Assembly: GCA_963843375.1 (NCBI GenBank)
Contig: CAWJKT010000006.1
Span: 256,001-320,000, forward strand
From: an uncultured Pseudomonadota bacterium
GTDB taxonomy: Bacteria > Oederibacteriota > Muellerivitia > Muellerivitales > Muellerivitaceae
Direction: 5' to 3'
Length of the DNA: 64,000 bases
The notes beneath the pieces were generated by a model, which was given only the letters and a program-made list of their open reading frames with translations, was not told the DNA's origin and made no database searches. The translations under genes and the position numbers were made by a program. Positions 17,635 to 28,829 of this stretch are shown piece by piece; the stretch's first letter is position 1, and each line of letters begins with the position of its first letter.

Positions 17635-18204
17635 TTAGTCTTCCAGGAATTTAAGGTGAACCAGGATATGCAGGAGTTCCTCGACCTGGGTCAGTGCCGG
17701 AGCTTCCTTGTTTTGAGTGGCCGCATACCAGAAAGAAATGATGTTTTGATCGAGCCAAATGCCTTTAGTCTCGAAATCCTCATCGATCACCAGGGCTTTA
17801 TAATAATGTTCGTCGAGTTCGTTATCAGAAATGGGGCTTTTCAAACCGGAGGATCGAAGCTTGATGTGTTCCTTGGCCTGGTTGAAATATTTCTGGTCAT
17901 CCTCGTTCAAGTTCTCGAAAACAACCTGGGCCGCTTCTCGGTCAATCGCCTCCAGGATGCTCTTATCAATCCAGACACCCATGGATTCCTCATCCCAAAG
18001 ATACTCATGACCCTGGTGCTCCATAATGGTCATGGGTTGACTGCTATCGGGACTGATTTTTTCCGATTTTCCCTTGTTGACGGTATCCTTCGAAAAATCT
18101 TCGGCTGTAACGTTGAATTTCTCATCAGCGGGATAGCCGCACTCTGGACAATACCGGGCGTTTTCAAAAAGTTTGTTGCGGCAATTTTTGCATTTCATGG
18201 ACAT
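17635..18204 (-). CDS. Hypothetical protein with N-terminal zinc ribbon
   Basis: 'CKNC...ARYCPECG'; acidic C-terminus. Confidence 0.65.
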   Translation of the reverse strand: MSMKCKNCRNKLFENARYCPECGYPADEKFNVTAEDFSKDTVNKGKSEKISPDSSQPMTIMEHQGHEYLWDEESMGVWIDKSILEAIDREAAQVVFENLNEDDQKYFNQAKEHIKLRSSGLKSPISDNELDEHYYKALVIDEDFETKGIWLDQNIISFWYAATQNKEAPALTQVEELLHILVHLKFLED

Positions 18205-18211
18205 AAATCTC

Positions 18212-18784
18212 CTATCGTTTCAAAATCATTGTTCTGGCGACCGGATTGCGGGAAAGCTTTTTAATCGCCTCCGACAAACGAGTCCCCGAACATTGCGCAT
18301 GCGTGATGGCGATAGCCAAAGCATCCGCCGTATCGTCAGGTTTCGGGACCTCTGTCAGTCCCAACAACAACTTCACCATCTTTTGAATCTGCTCCTTGTC
18401 CGCGCCGCCAAAACCAGCCACCGCCTGTTTCACTTCAACCGGCTTGTATTCGTAAACCGGAAGACCGGCCAAACCACAGGCCAAAAGAGCCACTCCCCTT
18501 GCCTGCCCCACAACAATGGCCGTTTTTACGTTACGGGAAAAAAACAACTCTTCCATTGCGACCACTTCAGGTTTTACTTTTTTTAAAACTTTCTGCATCT
18601 TTTTGAAAATCTCAGCCAGTCTTTGTTCCAAAGGCTGATGGGCTTCGGTGGTCAAAGTTCCAGAGACCAAAGCCTTCATTTGGCTTCCCTGCTGAACCAC
18701 CGCTCCATAACCCATTCGGGCTAGTCCCGGGTCAATTCCCAGAATCACTCTTTTCCCGGCTTGCGGAAAATTATTATCTTTCAA
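18212..18784 (-). CDS. ruvC: Holliday junction resolvase RuvC (start uncertain)
   Basis: 'ILGIDPGLARMGYG', 'VGQARGV', 'ADKEQIQKMV', 'DDTADALAIAITH'. Confidence 0.96.
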   Translation of the reverse strand: MKDNNFPQAGKRVILGIDPGLARMGYGAVVQQGSQMKALVSGTLTTEAHQPLEQRLAEIFKKMQKVLKKVKPEVVAMEELFFSRNVKTAIVVGQARGVALLACGLAGLPVYEYKPVEVKQAVAGFGGADKEQIQKMVKLLLGLTEVPKPDDTADALAIAITHAQCSGTRLSEAIKKLSRNPVARTMILKR

Positions 18785-19523
18785 GCTTCGCCATGATTTC
18801 GTCGCTCACCTCGAAATTCGCGTATACGTTTTGGACGTCGTCATGCTCATCCAAGGCATCATAAAGTTTAAAAACCGACTCCGCTTTTTTCTCGTCCAGG
18901 GGTACGGTGGTCTTGGGAATCATGGTCACTTCCGCGCTTTCGGGAGTGATTTTCCTGTCTTCCAGGGCCTTTTTCACTTTATCAAAGGCCTCTTGCGGGG
19001 TGATGATCTCATAGACATCCGCTTTATCGGTCTTTAAATCTTCCGCCCCCGCGTCCAAAACCAAACCCATAAGTTCATCTTCCCCGATTGTTTCCTTTTT
19101 AAGGATAATCAGGCCTTTTTTATCGAAAAGAAAACTGACCGATCCCGATTCCCCCATGTTTCCGTTATATTTTGAAAAAACCGAGCGGATATCGGCCGCC
19201 GTGCGGTTACGGTTATCGGATACGGCCTCCACCAATATCGCCACTCCCGCGGGACCATAGCCTTCATAAAGCATCTCCTCCAGAGCAGCTCCAGCTTCAG
19301 CGCCCGTGCCCTTATTGATTGCCCTTTTGATGGTGTCTGCGGGCATGCTGACTTCCCTGGCTTTTAAAAGAATTGTCCGCAACCGGAGATTCGTATCCGG
19401 ATCGCCCCCACTCTTGGCCGCCAACTGGATTTCCTTGGACAAACGGGAAAAGACCTGGCCGCGCTTCTGGTCCAGCGCGCCTTTATATCTTTTGACTTTC
19501 GCCCATTTACTGTGGCCGCTCAT
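18774..19523 (-). CDS. yebC: YebC/PmpR family protein
   Basis: 'MSGHSKW', 'YEGYGPAGVA', 'DNRNRT', 'DDVQNVYAN'. Confidence 0.96.
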   Translation of the reverse strand: MSGHSKWAKVKRYKGALDQKRGQVFSRLSKEIQLAAKSGGDPDTNLRLRTILLKAREVSMPADTIKRAINKGTGAEAGAALEEMLYEGYGPAGVAILVEAVSDNRNRTAADIRSVFSKYNGNMGESGSVSFLFDKKGLIILKKETIGEDELMGLVLDAGAEDLKTDKADVYEIITPQEAFDKVKKALEDRKITPESAEVTMIPKTTVPLDEKKAESVFKLYDALDEHDDVQNVYANFEVSDEIMAKLER

Positions 19524-19780
19524 GTATTGATCCCATTAAGTGAAAAATTTTTATGATATTTTTCGTTTTTAGCTTTTTAGTGGTCGTAAGTAATTTCATC
19601 GGCCTGAAAAACAAAGGGTTTTCGGCCGTAAATTTTGCCCTAAAACGACAAAAGGCCGTTTTCTTGAAAAGCGCCTCAAGAAAACGAACCTTTGTTGAAA
19701 GAAATTATAACTGATGTTAAGACGCCAAGGCTAGAAAAAACCAGCCTTCTTTCCAAGAAAGTCCTGATATTTCAAGTGAA

Positions 19781-21526
19781 TTAATTCGGATTTTTTAATG
19801 GAAGTTCTTTTTCGTCCGGCAAGAATCCGGCTAAAAGAAGAACCAGGGGAGCATTCCAATTGATGGCCACTTCGTTGGAGGAATAGGAACCTTGTTCATC
19901 CAGATAGGATCGGGCCGGAGGCCCCGGGGGCAATTGGCGAAGCACCGGATCACCCGGATGTTGATTGGGCCCGCCCGCCAAAAGACCGGGCCAGGGCTGG
20001 GGCAGCCCCAAAGCCGCGCTTGGACGGTGGTGGGGATGCAAGACCGAATGGGTTCCCAATTGGGTTACAAAACAAAGGGCGAAGGTATTGCGCCCAAACA
20101 AGTAATGCAGATTTTCCAAGGCGGTGGAAAGATAATCGGGATTCGGCTTGATGCGGTTGGCCGCCAAAAGCATCACGCCAAAATTGGCGGCTACAGCGTT
20201 GGAACCCCAAATATAATTTTCAGCCCGAAGGCTGTGGTGATAACCCACTTTACGGGAGGCTTCCACCACCCTATCGGCGGCATTCAGGGTTTGTTCCCTG
20301 ATATCCGCGATTGTTTTGGCATCAGCATCAACACGATCTGAATAAGCATAATCCCACAGTCCCAGATTGGACACCGAACCCCAGGCCTGGGGCCAAAGAT
20401 CGGATATCGAAAAGTTTTTATAATTTTCAACGAAGTAGCGTCCATATTCCGCTTTACCAGTTAGACGAAAGAGTTCTGCCGAAGCCCAAAGGAGTTCGTC
20501 TCCACAATCACTGTCTATGTAACCCCCGGTGGAAACCCCTGGAGGGTTTGAAAAGGTGACGTTGGGATGGGCCGTCAACCAATTCCAAGCTTTTTCCGAA
20601 GCTTCCTGGCATTGCTTTGCATATTGAGGAAGAAAAGGTTTGTAGATTCGGGACGCCATCGCCATAACGGCCGAGAAATCGCCTGTTGCCCCGGAACTTT
20701 TATAGGGCTCTTTGCCCGTGCCGATTATATAGCGTGTTCCGCCGTCATCTTTCTCCGGAGCGACGAACCCACAGAACTTCTCCGTCGTCAACTTGTGCCA
20801 AACACCGCCGTCCCCGTCTTGCATGGTCAACATCCAATCCAGGTTCCATTTGATCTCATTGAGTATGTCGGGCAAACCGTTTCCGGATTCAGGAATATCC
20901 AGTCGAATGGCGCCGATCTTCTGCGGATACCATTCATAAGCCCAAAGCAGGGTTCCACAAGAGATCCCCGAATTCACCACGTACTTGCCGTAATCCCCCG
21001 CGTCATGCCAGCCCTTAGTCGCGTCCTTTTTCCCGTTTTTGCCCGAGGAAAGATGAAAGACCCCATCTTCGGTATGACAGGCTTCATGATGATATTGGGG
21101 AAACCTGGGACTCAGGTCGACTTTGATGCCGCATCGTTGGCCATAATAGGAACGCATACAAAGGTAATAGGCGTCGGAATAAACATCCGGTGCCGAGTGG
21201 AAATGAAAACTCTCCCCCACCCCTGGAACCGTGATATAGAACTCACCCATTTCTTGAAGACCGGAAAAATCAGCCTCACGCAGGGTATCGCCTGAGTCCG
21301 GATCATGGACGGGTGGGCTTAGCAGTCCCTTAAAGGCAATGGAATGGTCCAAAGCACGGCGCACCTGGAAGGAGCCATTGGCTTTGGCAGATGTAATGAA
21401 AGCGCTTTTGGGTTGGGAGGGTAGATATCCAACTTGATCCACTTTAATGTCCAAGGTTGGATCGGCGACAACCCGGACGGTCAGCAGGACCGCCGGCAAA
21501 AAAAGAAAAACAACAATCTTTTTCAA
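19781..21526 (-). CDS. GH9 endoglucanase with N-terminal Ig-like domain
   Basis: 'VDQVGYLP', 'GWHDAGDYGKY', 'HPHHR', 'YSSNEVAINWNA'; signal peptide. Confidence 0.92.
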   Translation of the reverse strand: MKKIVVFLFLPAVLLTVRVVADPTLDIKVDQVGYLPSQPKSAFITSAKANGSFQVRRALDHSIAFKGLLSPPVHDPDSGDTLREADFSGLQEMGEFYITVPGVGESFHFHSAPDVYSDAYYLCMRSYYGQRCGIKVDLSPRFPQYHHEACHTEDGVFHLSSGKNGKKDATKGWHDAGDYGKYVVNSGISCGTLLWAYEWYPQKIGAIRLDIPESGNGLPDILNEIKWNLDWMLTMQDGDGGVWHKLTTEKFCGFVAPEKDDGGTRYIIGTGKEPYKSSGATGDFSAVMAMASRIYKPFLPQYAKQCQEASEKAWNWLTAHPNVTFSNPPGVSTGGYIDSDCGDELLWASAELFRLTGKAEYGRYFVENYKNFSISDLWPQAWGSVSNLGLWDYAYSDRVDADAKTIADIREQTLNAADRVVEASRKVGYHHSLRAENYIWGSNAVAANFGVMLLAANRIKPNPDYLSTALENLHYLFGRNTFALCFVTQLGTHSVLHPHHRPSAALGLPQPWPGLLAGGPNQHPGDPVLRQLPPGPPARSYLDEQGSYSSNEVAINWNAPLVLLLAGFLPDEKELPLKNPN

Positions 21527-21545
21527 ATCATCCTTTGATTCGCGA

Positions 21546-22793
21546 TTAATCTTCAGCCGTGATTTTTAAAATTACTTTTTTTCCAAAACGCAAAAGGAGT
21601 GAATCGCCGCGATTCATTTGAATAGAATCGTTAATATTGAGGATCCTTTCCTCTGCGCCATTGAGTCCTAAACTGACAGCTTTTTCCTCAAGTTTCCTTT
21701 TGGCTTCGCTTCGGGATTTAACCAAACCCAGTTGAACCAGAAAATCAGGGCTTAAACGAACGCCTATTTTTAACTTCACTTGTTTATGTTCAACATCCGA
21801 ACCCGTTGTTCGTCTATTTTCAAAATAATTCCAAGCTTCCTTTGCTTTTTCCGCGGAATGAAATCGTTTAGTAATTTCATCGGCTAATTCTAATTTCGCA
21901 TTTTTGGGGTTGTATTCCATCTTTTCAGCCTTGGCCCTTTTAGATTTCCATTCATCGGAATTCCCATCGGATAAAAGGTCATAATATTTCCACATCAATT
22001 CATCCGAAATGCTCATGATTTTCCCGAACATTTCCCTTGGTTCATCCGTCACTCCCACGTAATTCCCAAGGCTTTTGGACATTTTCTTGACCCCGTCCAA
22101 CCCTTCAAGTATAGGCACGCTGATTATGACCTCAGGTTTTTGGCCCGCCTCTTCCTGCAAAGCCCGGCCCACCAAGCAATTGAATTTCTGGTCGGTCCCG
22201 CACATTTCCACATCGGATTGGAGTACCACCGAGTCATAACCCTGGATGAGGGGATAAAGTAGTTCGTGAAGACCGATGGGTTTTTGTTCCTTCATTCGGT
22301 TGGTGAAATCGTCCCGTTCCAGAATGCGGGCCACCGTATACCGGGAAGCCAAACGAATGACATCCTCGAAACTCATGGGCCTGCACCATTCGCTGTTATA
22401 ACGAATTTCGACCTTGGCCGGATCCTTATCCAGCACTTTGAAGACCTGTTCCATATAGGTCTTGGCGTTGGCTTCCACTTCATCGCGGGTCAAAGGTTTT
22501 CGAGTGGCCGACTTGCCGGTGGGATCGCCAATCATGGCGGTGAAATCGCCAATCAGGAACTGCACCTTGTGACCCAGGTCCTGGAACTGGCGAAGTTTGC
22601 GCAAAACAACCGTATGTCCCAGGTGTATATCCGGAGCCGAAGGATCGGCGCCCCATTTCACCTTCAGAGGCTTGCCTTCTTTATACGAATCCTTAAGTTT
22701 ATCCAAAAGCTCATGACGAGAAATCACTTCAGCGGTTCCATGCGAAAGTTCTTCCAGTTGTTGCTCGGGAGTTTTGGGGAAATGCGTTTTCAT
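21546..22793 (-). CDS. tyrS: Tyrosine--tRNA ligase
   Basis: '[13 protein letters not shown]', 'YPLIQGYD', 'GTDQKFN', KMSKS. Confidence 0.96.
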   Translation of the reverse strand: MKTHFPKTPEQQLEELSHGTAEVISRHELLDKLKDSYKEGKPLKVKWGADPSAPDIHLGHTVVLRKLRQFQDLGHKVQFLIGDFTAMIGDPTGKSATRKPLTRDEVEANAKTYMEQVFKVLDKDPAKVEIRYNSEWCRPMSFEDVIRLASRYTVARILERDDFTNRMKEQKPIGLHELLYPLIQGYDSVVLQSDVEMCGTDQKFNCLVGRALQEEAGQKPEVIISVPILEGLDGVKKMSKSLGNYVGVTDEPREMFGKIMSISDELMWKYYDLLSDGNSDEWKSKRAKAEKMEYNPKNAKLELADEITKRFHSAEKAKEAWNYFENRRTTGSDVEHKQVKLKIGVRLSPDFLVQLGLVKSRSEAKRKLEEKAVSLGLNGAEERILNINDSIQMNRGDSLLLRFGKKVILKITAED

Positions 22794-22888
22794 AGGGGCA
22801 ATATCATAACAAAAGTGTTTTGAACGGGCTGTTGAAAAAGGAGGCTGGTGGCTATAATGAGCCCCTTCGAAAACCCAATCCAAGAGGA

Positions 22889-25117
22889 ATGATCTTGCCG
22901 ATCGAAAAAATCGAAAAAGCCAACCGGCCTTTTCTCACTTTTTTAAAGGTCGCCTTCGCCATCTGTTTCGCCCTAGCCGGCATTGGCATTGGCTGCCTTT
23001 ACGCCCAATTACAGGATCTTCCGGATATTAAGCTTCTTCAAACCACCAGTCCCTCTCAGGCCACCCGTATCTATGATATCAACGGCGAGGTGATCAGCCA
23101 GCTTTGGCTGGAACAGCGGACACTGGTATCCCTCGACAAGATCCCCCTCACCCTCCAAGACGCCCTCATCGCCATCGAGGACGACCGCTTTTACCGTCAT
23201 ATCGGCATCGACCCCATCGGCATCGCCCGCGCCTTCATCCAGAATATCCGTCATGCGGGCCAAAAGGTGGAAGGCGGAAGCACCCTGACCCAGCAGCTGG
23301 CCCGCAATCTTTTCCTGACCCATGAAAAAACTTTCACCCGGAAAATTCGCGAAGCCCTTCTAGCCCTTCAGATCGAGCGAAACTATTCGAAGAAAGAAAT
23401 CCTGGAGATGTACATGAACCAGATTTACTTCGGAGAAGGCGCCTATGGGGTGGAGTCGGCGGCCCGGAGCTATTTCGGGAAACACGTGGAGGAATTGACC
23501 CTTCCCGAATGCGCCATGGTGGCAAGCCTTCCCAAAGCCCCTAACGATTACGATCCTTACAAGCATCCCCTGGAGGCCCTGAGCCGCCGCAACTTGGTTT
23601 TAAACGCCATGGCCGAACACGGCTTTATCAGCCCCCAAGACGCCATTGACGCCAAAAACGTTCCGATTGAACTCAAAAAAATCGAGGTTCAAAACGCTCC
23701 TTATTTCGTGGAATACGTCCGCCAGCAATTAGAAGCCCGTTATGGAACCAACGCGGTTTATAAGGGCGGCCTTTCGGTTTATACCACCCTCGACCTAAAA
23801 ATGCAGGAAGCCGCCCAACAGGCTCTTTCCCGGGGCGTGGAAAACGCCGAGATTGTCGCTCGCAAGAACCGCTTGACCAACATCCCCGTGGACCAGCCTA
23901 TCCAGGGAGCGCTTTTGGCCATGGACCCCCATACGGGCGCCATTCGCGCCATGATCGGGGGAATCGACTTCCGCAAGAGCGTCTTTAATCGCGCCATCCA
24001 GGCCCGTCGCCAGCCCGGGTCGGCTTTCAAACCCTTTATCTACACCGCAGCCATTGAAAACGGCTATACCATGGCCGATGTATTTTTGGATTCTCCGGTG
24101 GTTTACCCGGATCCTATTACGGGCCAGCCCTGGCGGCCCACGAATTTCTCGGGTAAATTCAAGGGCCCCACAACCCTCCATACGGCTCTTATGTATTCCA
24201 TCAACGTTGTCACCATCAAGCTCCTGGAAAAGCTTGGAATTCAACCCGTCGTCAGCGTGGCCCGCCGCTTGGGGATAACCACCCCCATCAAGCCCAACCT
24301 TACTTTAGGTTTGGGCACCTCGGAAGTGAATTTGGAAGAAATGGTGCAGGCTTTCTCGGTTTTTGACAACCAGGGTGTAAGGGTGGAACCTTTTGGTATT
24401 TTGAGCGTCAAGGATTCTTCCGACCATGTCCTGGAAAACAACGCCCCCATAGCCCAGGAAGTTTTGGACCCGCAAGTGGCTTATATCATGACCAATACCA
24501 TGCGCGACGTCATCGACCAGGGAACGGGCCGCATCATCCGTCGATTGGGTTTCACCTATCCCGCCGCCGGCAAAACCGGAACCACGAACGACAACGTGGA
24601 TGCCTGGTTTATCGGCTTTACGCCCAGCCTGGCTTGCGGTGTTTGGATCGGCTATGACGAACGACAAAGTCTTGGTAAAAAGCAGACGGGAGGGGAGGCC
24701 GCGGCTCCTATTTGGGCGGAATTCATGAAAGCCGCCACGGAAGGGAAACCCGCGGAGGATTTCCAGCCTCCTAAAGGTTCCGAAGACGAATTCGTCCATA
24801 AGAAAATATGCCTGGACTCGGGGCTTTTAGCCACGGCCTTCTGTCCGCGCACCCGGGATGAGATTTTCAAGAAAGAGACTGCCCCTACCAAGTTTTGCAA
24901 TCTCCACTCGGGTTCCGGCGAAACGTCGCCCGGAATGGACGAAACGGGAAATAGCAACGCTCCCGCCCAACCTGGCGGCGACATCCTGGAAATGGGAGGC
25001 CCGGCGGTGGTCAAAACGGCTCCGACAACCGAATCCACCCCGGGCGAGGAAGAGGAACAGGGGCGGAAAAGAAACCCGCCAATGAACCAGGAAGCCTACC
25101 CGGACGAGGGCTTTTAA
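22889..25117 (+). CDS. Class A penicillin-binding protein (PBP1A)
   Basis: Transglycosylase 'EDDRF', '[12 protein letters not shown]', 'RKIRE'; transpeptidase SAFK, SIN, KTG. Confidence 0.93.
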   Translation: MILPIEKIEKANRPFLTFLKVAFAICFALAGIGIGCLYAQLQDLPDIKLLQTTSPSQATRIYDINGEVISQLWLEQRTLVSLDKIPLTLQDALIAIEDDRFYRHIGIDPIGIARAFIQNIRHAGQKVEGGSTLTQQLARNLFLTHEKTFTRKIREALLALQIERNYSKKEILEMYMNQIYFGEGAYGVESAARSYFGKHVEELTLPECAMVASLPKAPNDYDPYKHPLEALSRRNLVLNAMAEHGFISPQDAIDAKNVPIELKKIEVQNAPYFVEYVRQQLEARYGTNAVYKGGLSVYTTLDLKMQEAAQQALSRGVENAEIVARKNRLTNIPVDQPIQGALLAMDPHTGAIRAMIGGIDFRKSVFNRAIQARRQPGSAFKPFIYTAAIENGYTMADVFLDSPVVYPDPITGQPWRPTNFSGKFKGPTTLHTALMYSINVVTIKLLEKLGIQPVVSVARRLGITTPIKPNLTLGLGTSEVNLEEMVQAFSVFDNQGVRVEPFGILSVKDSSDHVLENNAPIAQEVLDPQVAYIMTNTMRDVIDQGTGRIIRRLGFTYPAAGKTGTTNDNVDAWFIGFTPSLACGVWIGYDERQSLGKKQTGGEAAAPIWAEFMKAATEGKPAEDFQPPKGSEDEFVHKKICLDSGLLATAFCPRTRDEIFKKETAPTKFCNLHSGSGETSPGMDETGNSNAPAQPGGDILEMGGPAVVKTAPTTESTPGEEEEQGRKRNPPMNQEAYPDEGF

Positions 25118-25155
25118 ACTTCCAGTCAAAAAATTCGGACTCGATAAAAAAATTT

Positions 25156-25914
25156 TTATTCGACGATTTTATATTTTTTCCGGATTTCCGGCTCCGGTAA
25201 GGCGTTATAGTGCCACCATTCGTGGGATAGTTGGATGAATCCCGCTTGAGTCATGACATTCCTCAAAATCAATCGGTTTTCCATTTGCCGCCGGGTCAGC
25301 TTCCCTTCCTTCAAAAACTTCTCTTCTAATTTCGGCTCCGAGAGCTCGGAAAAAGAATCAAACCCCGTGCCCATGTCGATTTCTTTTCCCTTTTCATCCA
25401 AAAGACTTAAATCCACCGCCATACCATAATTGTGGGGGGAGCCAATTTCCGCGTTGGCCACATATTTTCGCTTCGGGGTATCCTTCACCCGGTTCCACAT
25501 AACCCACTGGACGGAATGGGGCCTCAGGGCGTCGAAAACAATGAAGGACCATCCGGGTTTTTCCTTCCTTAAAAGTTCTGTGGCCTTTTTAAATTTAAGG
25601 GCGGCATCCTTGTGGAGGAACGCCTTGTTGAAATCCCCATACATGTTGATTCCCATGAAATTATCCGTGGTGGCATATTTCAAGGAAATGACGTTGCCGG
25701 GAAGTGTTGAAAGATCGACATAATCCGGATTGTGTTCGAGCTTGTTCAAGGAATCCGCCGGTGAACTATGTTTTAAAGGCTCTTTGAATCCCATAACGGG
25801 ATCGGCCAAGACAGTTGAAGCGAAGAATATAAGCGCGAGAACAAAGAACTGGATTCCGGCCCTGGTTCCTATCACGATCCGGCCGCTAAGCGGACGTTCC
25901 TTTGATCTGGTCAA
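25156..25914 (-). CDS. ddpX: D-Ala-D-Ala dipeptidase (M15D, VanX/DdpX family)
   Basis: 'FDALRP', 'SPHNYGMAVDLSL', 'DMGTGFD', 'EWWHY'. Confidence 0.85.
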   Translation of the reverse strand: MTRSKERPLSGRIVIGTRAGIQFFVLALIFFASTVLADPVMGFKEPLKHSSPADSLNKLEHNPDYVDLSTLPGNVISLKYATTDNFMGINMYGDFNKAFLHKDAALKFKKATELLRKEKPGWSFIVFDALRPHSVQWVMWNRVKDTPKRKYVANAEIGSPHNYGMAVDLSLLDEKGKEIDMGTGFDSFSELSEPKLEEKFLKEGKLTRRQMENRLILRNVMTQAGFIQLSHEWWHYNALPEPEIRKKYKIVE

Positions 25915-26389
25915 CCGCCAGACGCAGGACAGGCCTTAAAACATCCATTGAATCCTTAATAGCGGTGGGGGAGCCCGGCATGTTGAGGAGCAGGGTCTTT
26001 CCCCTTATTCCCGCCACCCCCCGGGTCAAGGCCACCAACGGGGTCTTTTCGTAGGCTTTATTACGGATAAGCTCGGATAACCCCGGAATCCACTTCTCAC
26101 AAACCTGGTACATGGCCTCCGGTACCCGATCCTTGGGTTGAACCCCGATCCCATCCACGGTAAAGATTAGGTCGATTGTCCCGCTGTCAGCGGTCTGGAC
26201 CAAGTGGGCGGCTAGGGACTGCTCGTCGTCCCCCAGCGCCTGGCGGATCACTACTTCCCATCCCATTTTCAGACAAGAGGCGTTGAGATTGTCCCCGGCC
26301 TCGTCTTTGGCGCCCCCAGTAGACGTATTTCTCTCCAACAGTGAACAAAGCGACTTGGATGGGCATAAATCTCCTTGGAAATTCACCAA
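25886..26389 (-). CDS. MogA/MoaB-like molybdopterin-binding domain protein (divergent)
   Basis: 'DLIFTVDGIG..PKDRVPEA', 'RGVAGIRGKTLLLNMPGSP'. Confidence 0.75.
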   Translation of the reverse strand: MVNFQGDLCPSKSLCSLLERNTSTGGAKDEAGDNLNASCLKMGWEVVIRQALGDDEQSLAAHLVQTADSGTIDLIFTVDGIGVQPKDRVPEAMYQVCEKWIPGLSELIRNKAYEKTPLVALTRGVAGIRGKTLLLNMPGSPTAIKDSMDVLRPVLRLAVDQIKGTSA

Positions 26390-26475
26390 TAAAAACCGGG
26401 TGATGAATTTGTTTCGTAGGGATTTTAATTCGGAAATAGGATTTTTACAGCGGTGGAATGAATTATTTTCTCGAA

Positions 26476-28474
26476 TTAATGTTGACTACCGTTGCCCAGG
26501 TCGTCGGTGGGAGGCAGATCCAAATCTTTGGGAGGCGCCACATCCGCGTCTTTCAGTGGCGGCAATGCCAGGCTGGAATCACTGGATGAGTTGGAGGGTG
26601 TGGGATTGCCGGTGGCCGGGCTGTTATTGGAACCAGTGGCCGTGGAGGGGCTGGAAAGATCCGGTCCCAAATCCAAGGGAGGAGCCTGCATGCCGTCGAT
26701 ATCCCCGCCGACTCCATTCAAGGATTGAAGCGCTTTTTGTTGATCCTCCGCGCTAACCGTCGGCGCCGCAGTGGGTTGGGGGGTAACCGGAGCCGGCTGG
26801 ACAACTGGGGCGGCTGGAGGCGGAACCATGTTGTTATCGGTGGTGCTGGCCGGGACCGGCGGCACCGGAGGAACGGATGCCGAGGGCGGATTCGGGGCTG
26901 CGGTGGTTGCGGTTGAAGAAACAGCGGCCGGAGGAGGTGTTATTTGCTCGGTTAAATCCGGCGGCGGTGGAACGCTAGGCGCTGGGGGAGGATTTGGGCT
27001 TGCGGTGGTTGTGGAAGCAGTGGAAGCTGGAGAAGTAGAATTGACAATATCCGGGGGAGCGATGACGTCCACTGAAGGTGGAGCGGGTGGGGTTGTCGAA
27101 TTAGCCGTTGAAGAAGGAACTTCAGGAGGAGGAGCAGCCGCGTTCCCTGCCACCGGCGGCGGTGGAAGCGTAACATCCGAATTGGGCAAAGACGGTGGAG
27201 CCGAAACCTCTGGCGGCGCTGGAACGGATGGCGCGGTTGAGGAAACAGCGGCAGGCGGCTCGGGAACGGGGGGTGACGAGGGAACTGGAGTTGGAACGGA
27301 AGGTTCAGAAGCAACGGGAGGATTCGATGGGGCCGCAACCGACGGGCTCTCAGCGGAGGGGGATGGCACGACCGCAGCTTCCTCCGCCACGTTTCCTTGA
27401 TCCGGGGGCAGATTAGCTAAGGGTTTTAAAGTATGTGGAGCAGCCGGCAATTCTTTTACTTTAGCGATCTGTGTCCCGGCGGGGGACTCGGGCTCGGTGG
27501 TTTCCGCAGCCTCCGGAGCAGGTTCGGCGGCCTCCGGGGCGGCTTGTTCGGCGGGTGGAGCGGAAACTTCAGCAGGGGGAGCTTCGACGGCCGCGGACGA
27601 TGGAGCCGGTTGTTTTTGTGGATTTTGGCGGGCCAAGGCCTCCTGCTTCTCCTTTTTTTCCTGTGTCTTGAGGGCCATTTCCATTTGCTTGGTAATCAGG
27701 GGCAACTGGGTCCGGACATAAATCCGAAGAACTTCTTTCAGGGATTTCAAGGGTTTCAGGCTCACCGACCCCTGGATTTTGGCTTGGACTGTTTTCTCGT
27801 CGGAATTTCCCCAATAATTATCTCCGAGCTTGCGCCGCCGGGGTGTTATTGACGACTTCCTTATCGTTATCATGGATGCTGTTGTTGGTGAAATCAAAAT
27901 CCGTAAAGTTCTTCAGGTAAAGCCCATAGGTATTTTCAGTAATTGTGTTGAATTCCAGGACCGCCTTGACTTGGCCATCCAATACGACCCCGGTGGCATT
28001 CCCGTAAATTTTGCCGTTTTCCACACTTGCGGTCGTAGCCCCGCGCAAATAAAGTCCGCTTCCCTTGGTCATTTCAAACCATTGCAAATGCAGTTGTGAG
28101 TCTTGGACCAGGAAAACACCGCTGAGGATGCGGACATTGGTCATGTCGGCTGTAGCGCCATTGATAAAGAGCTCGCTTTGGAGCCCTCCCTGAATCATTC
28201 CAAATATCGCCGGTGCCGCCGCCGAACCCTCGACGTCCAGGGTCCCATCCACTTCCAAGGCCGCGGGGCCCTGAAAATCAACTCTTACTCCGGGGCCGAC
28301 ATGCAAGGTCGCGCCTTTTGCCACGACCACCCTGCCTTGGATCAAATAGGGACTGCCCGAAGCATCCCATTGCGTGTCCGTGGTAATGAAAGCAGGGACA
28401 TTGGTGGAAGCAAAACCAGAGATGGAAAGGGTTGAAAAAACGAGGAAGAGCGGTAAATAAATCTTGTGTTTCAT
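26476..28474 (-). CDS. Secreted right-handed beta-helix protein with very long Pro/Ala/Ser-rich tail (frameshift near 27835 joins 27818..28474 and 26476..27897)
   Basis: 'DTQWDASGSPY...ATLHVGPGVRV' and 'NTITENTYGLYL' continue in another frame as 'GDNYWG', the usual end of such domains. Confidence 0.65.
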
Positions 28475-28829
28475 AAAGTGGCTTACAACCTCATGAAATT
28501 ATTTTTCTAACAACAATCGATACCTGATATTTTTTGGAAGAGTCGTAAAGTCCCGTTACTATAACACAAAACGTTATTGGATAAATGACAAAGACAATAT
28601 CCGAAAGAAAGACTTGGGGACCGTTGCCAAGATGGTGAAAAGGTATTTTTCAGCCTCTTGTCCACGGCCACGGGTTTGAACGTGCCACTTAAAATACGGT
28701 TTTTTTGCGCATGGCGCCGTTCACAATCAGGAAAAAGTCCCTATTCCGGACTTTTAAACATCCAATAAAAGCATTGGGTATGGAATAAAAAAGGGGCGGA
28801 AGTTTCCTTCCATCCCTCTTCAAAGTGTT

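Noticed and set aside
28658..28690. Intergenic TGTCCACGGC half-match
   Set aside because: No central TC or right arm at the required spacing
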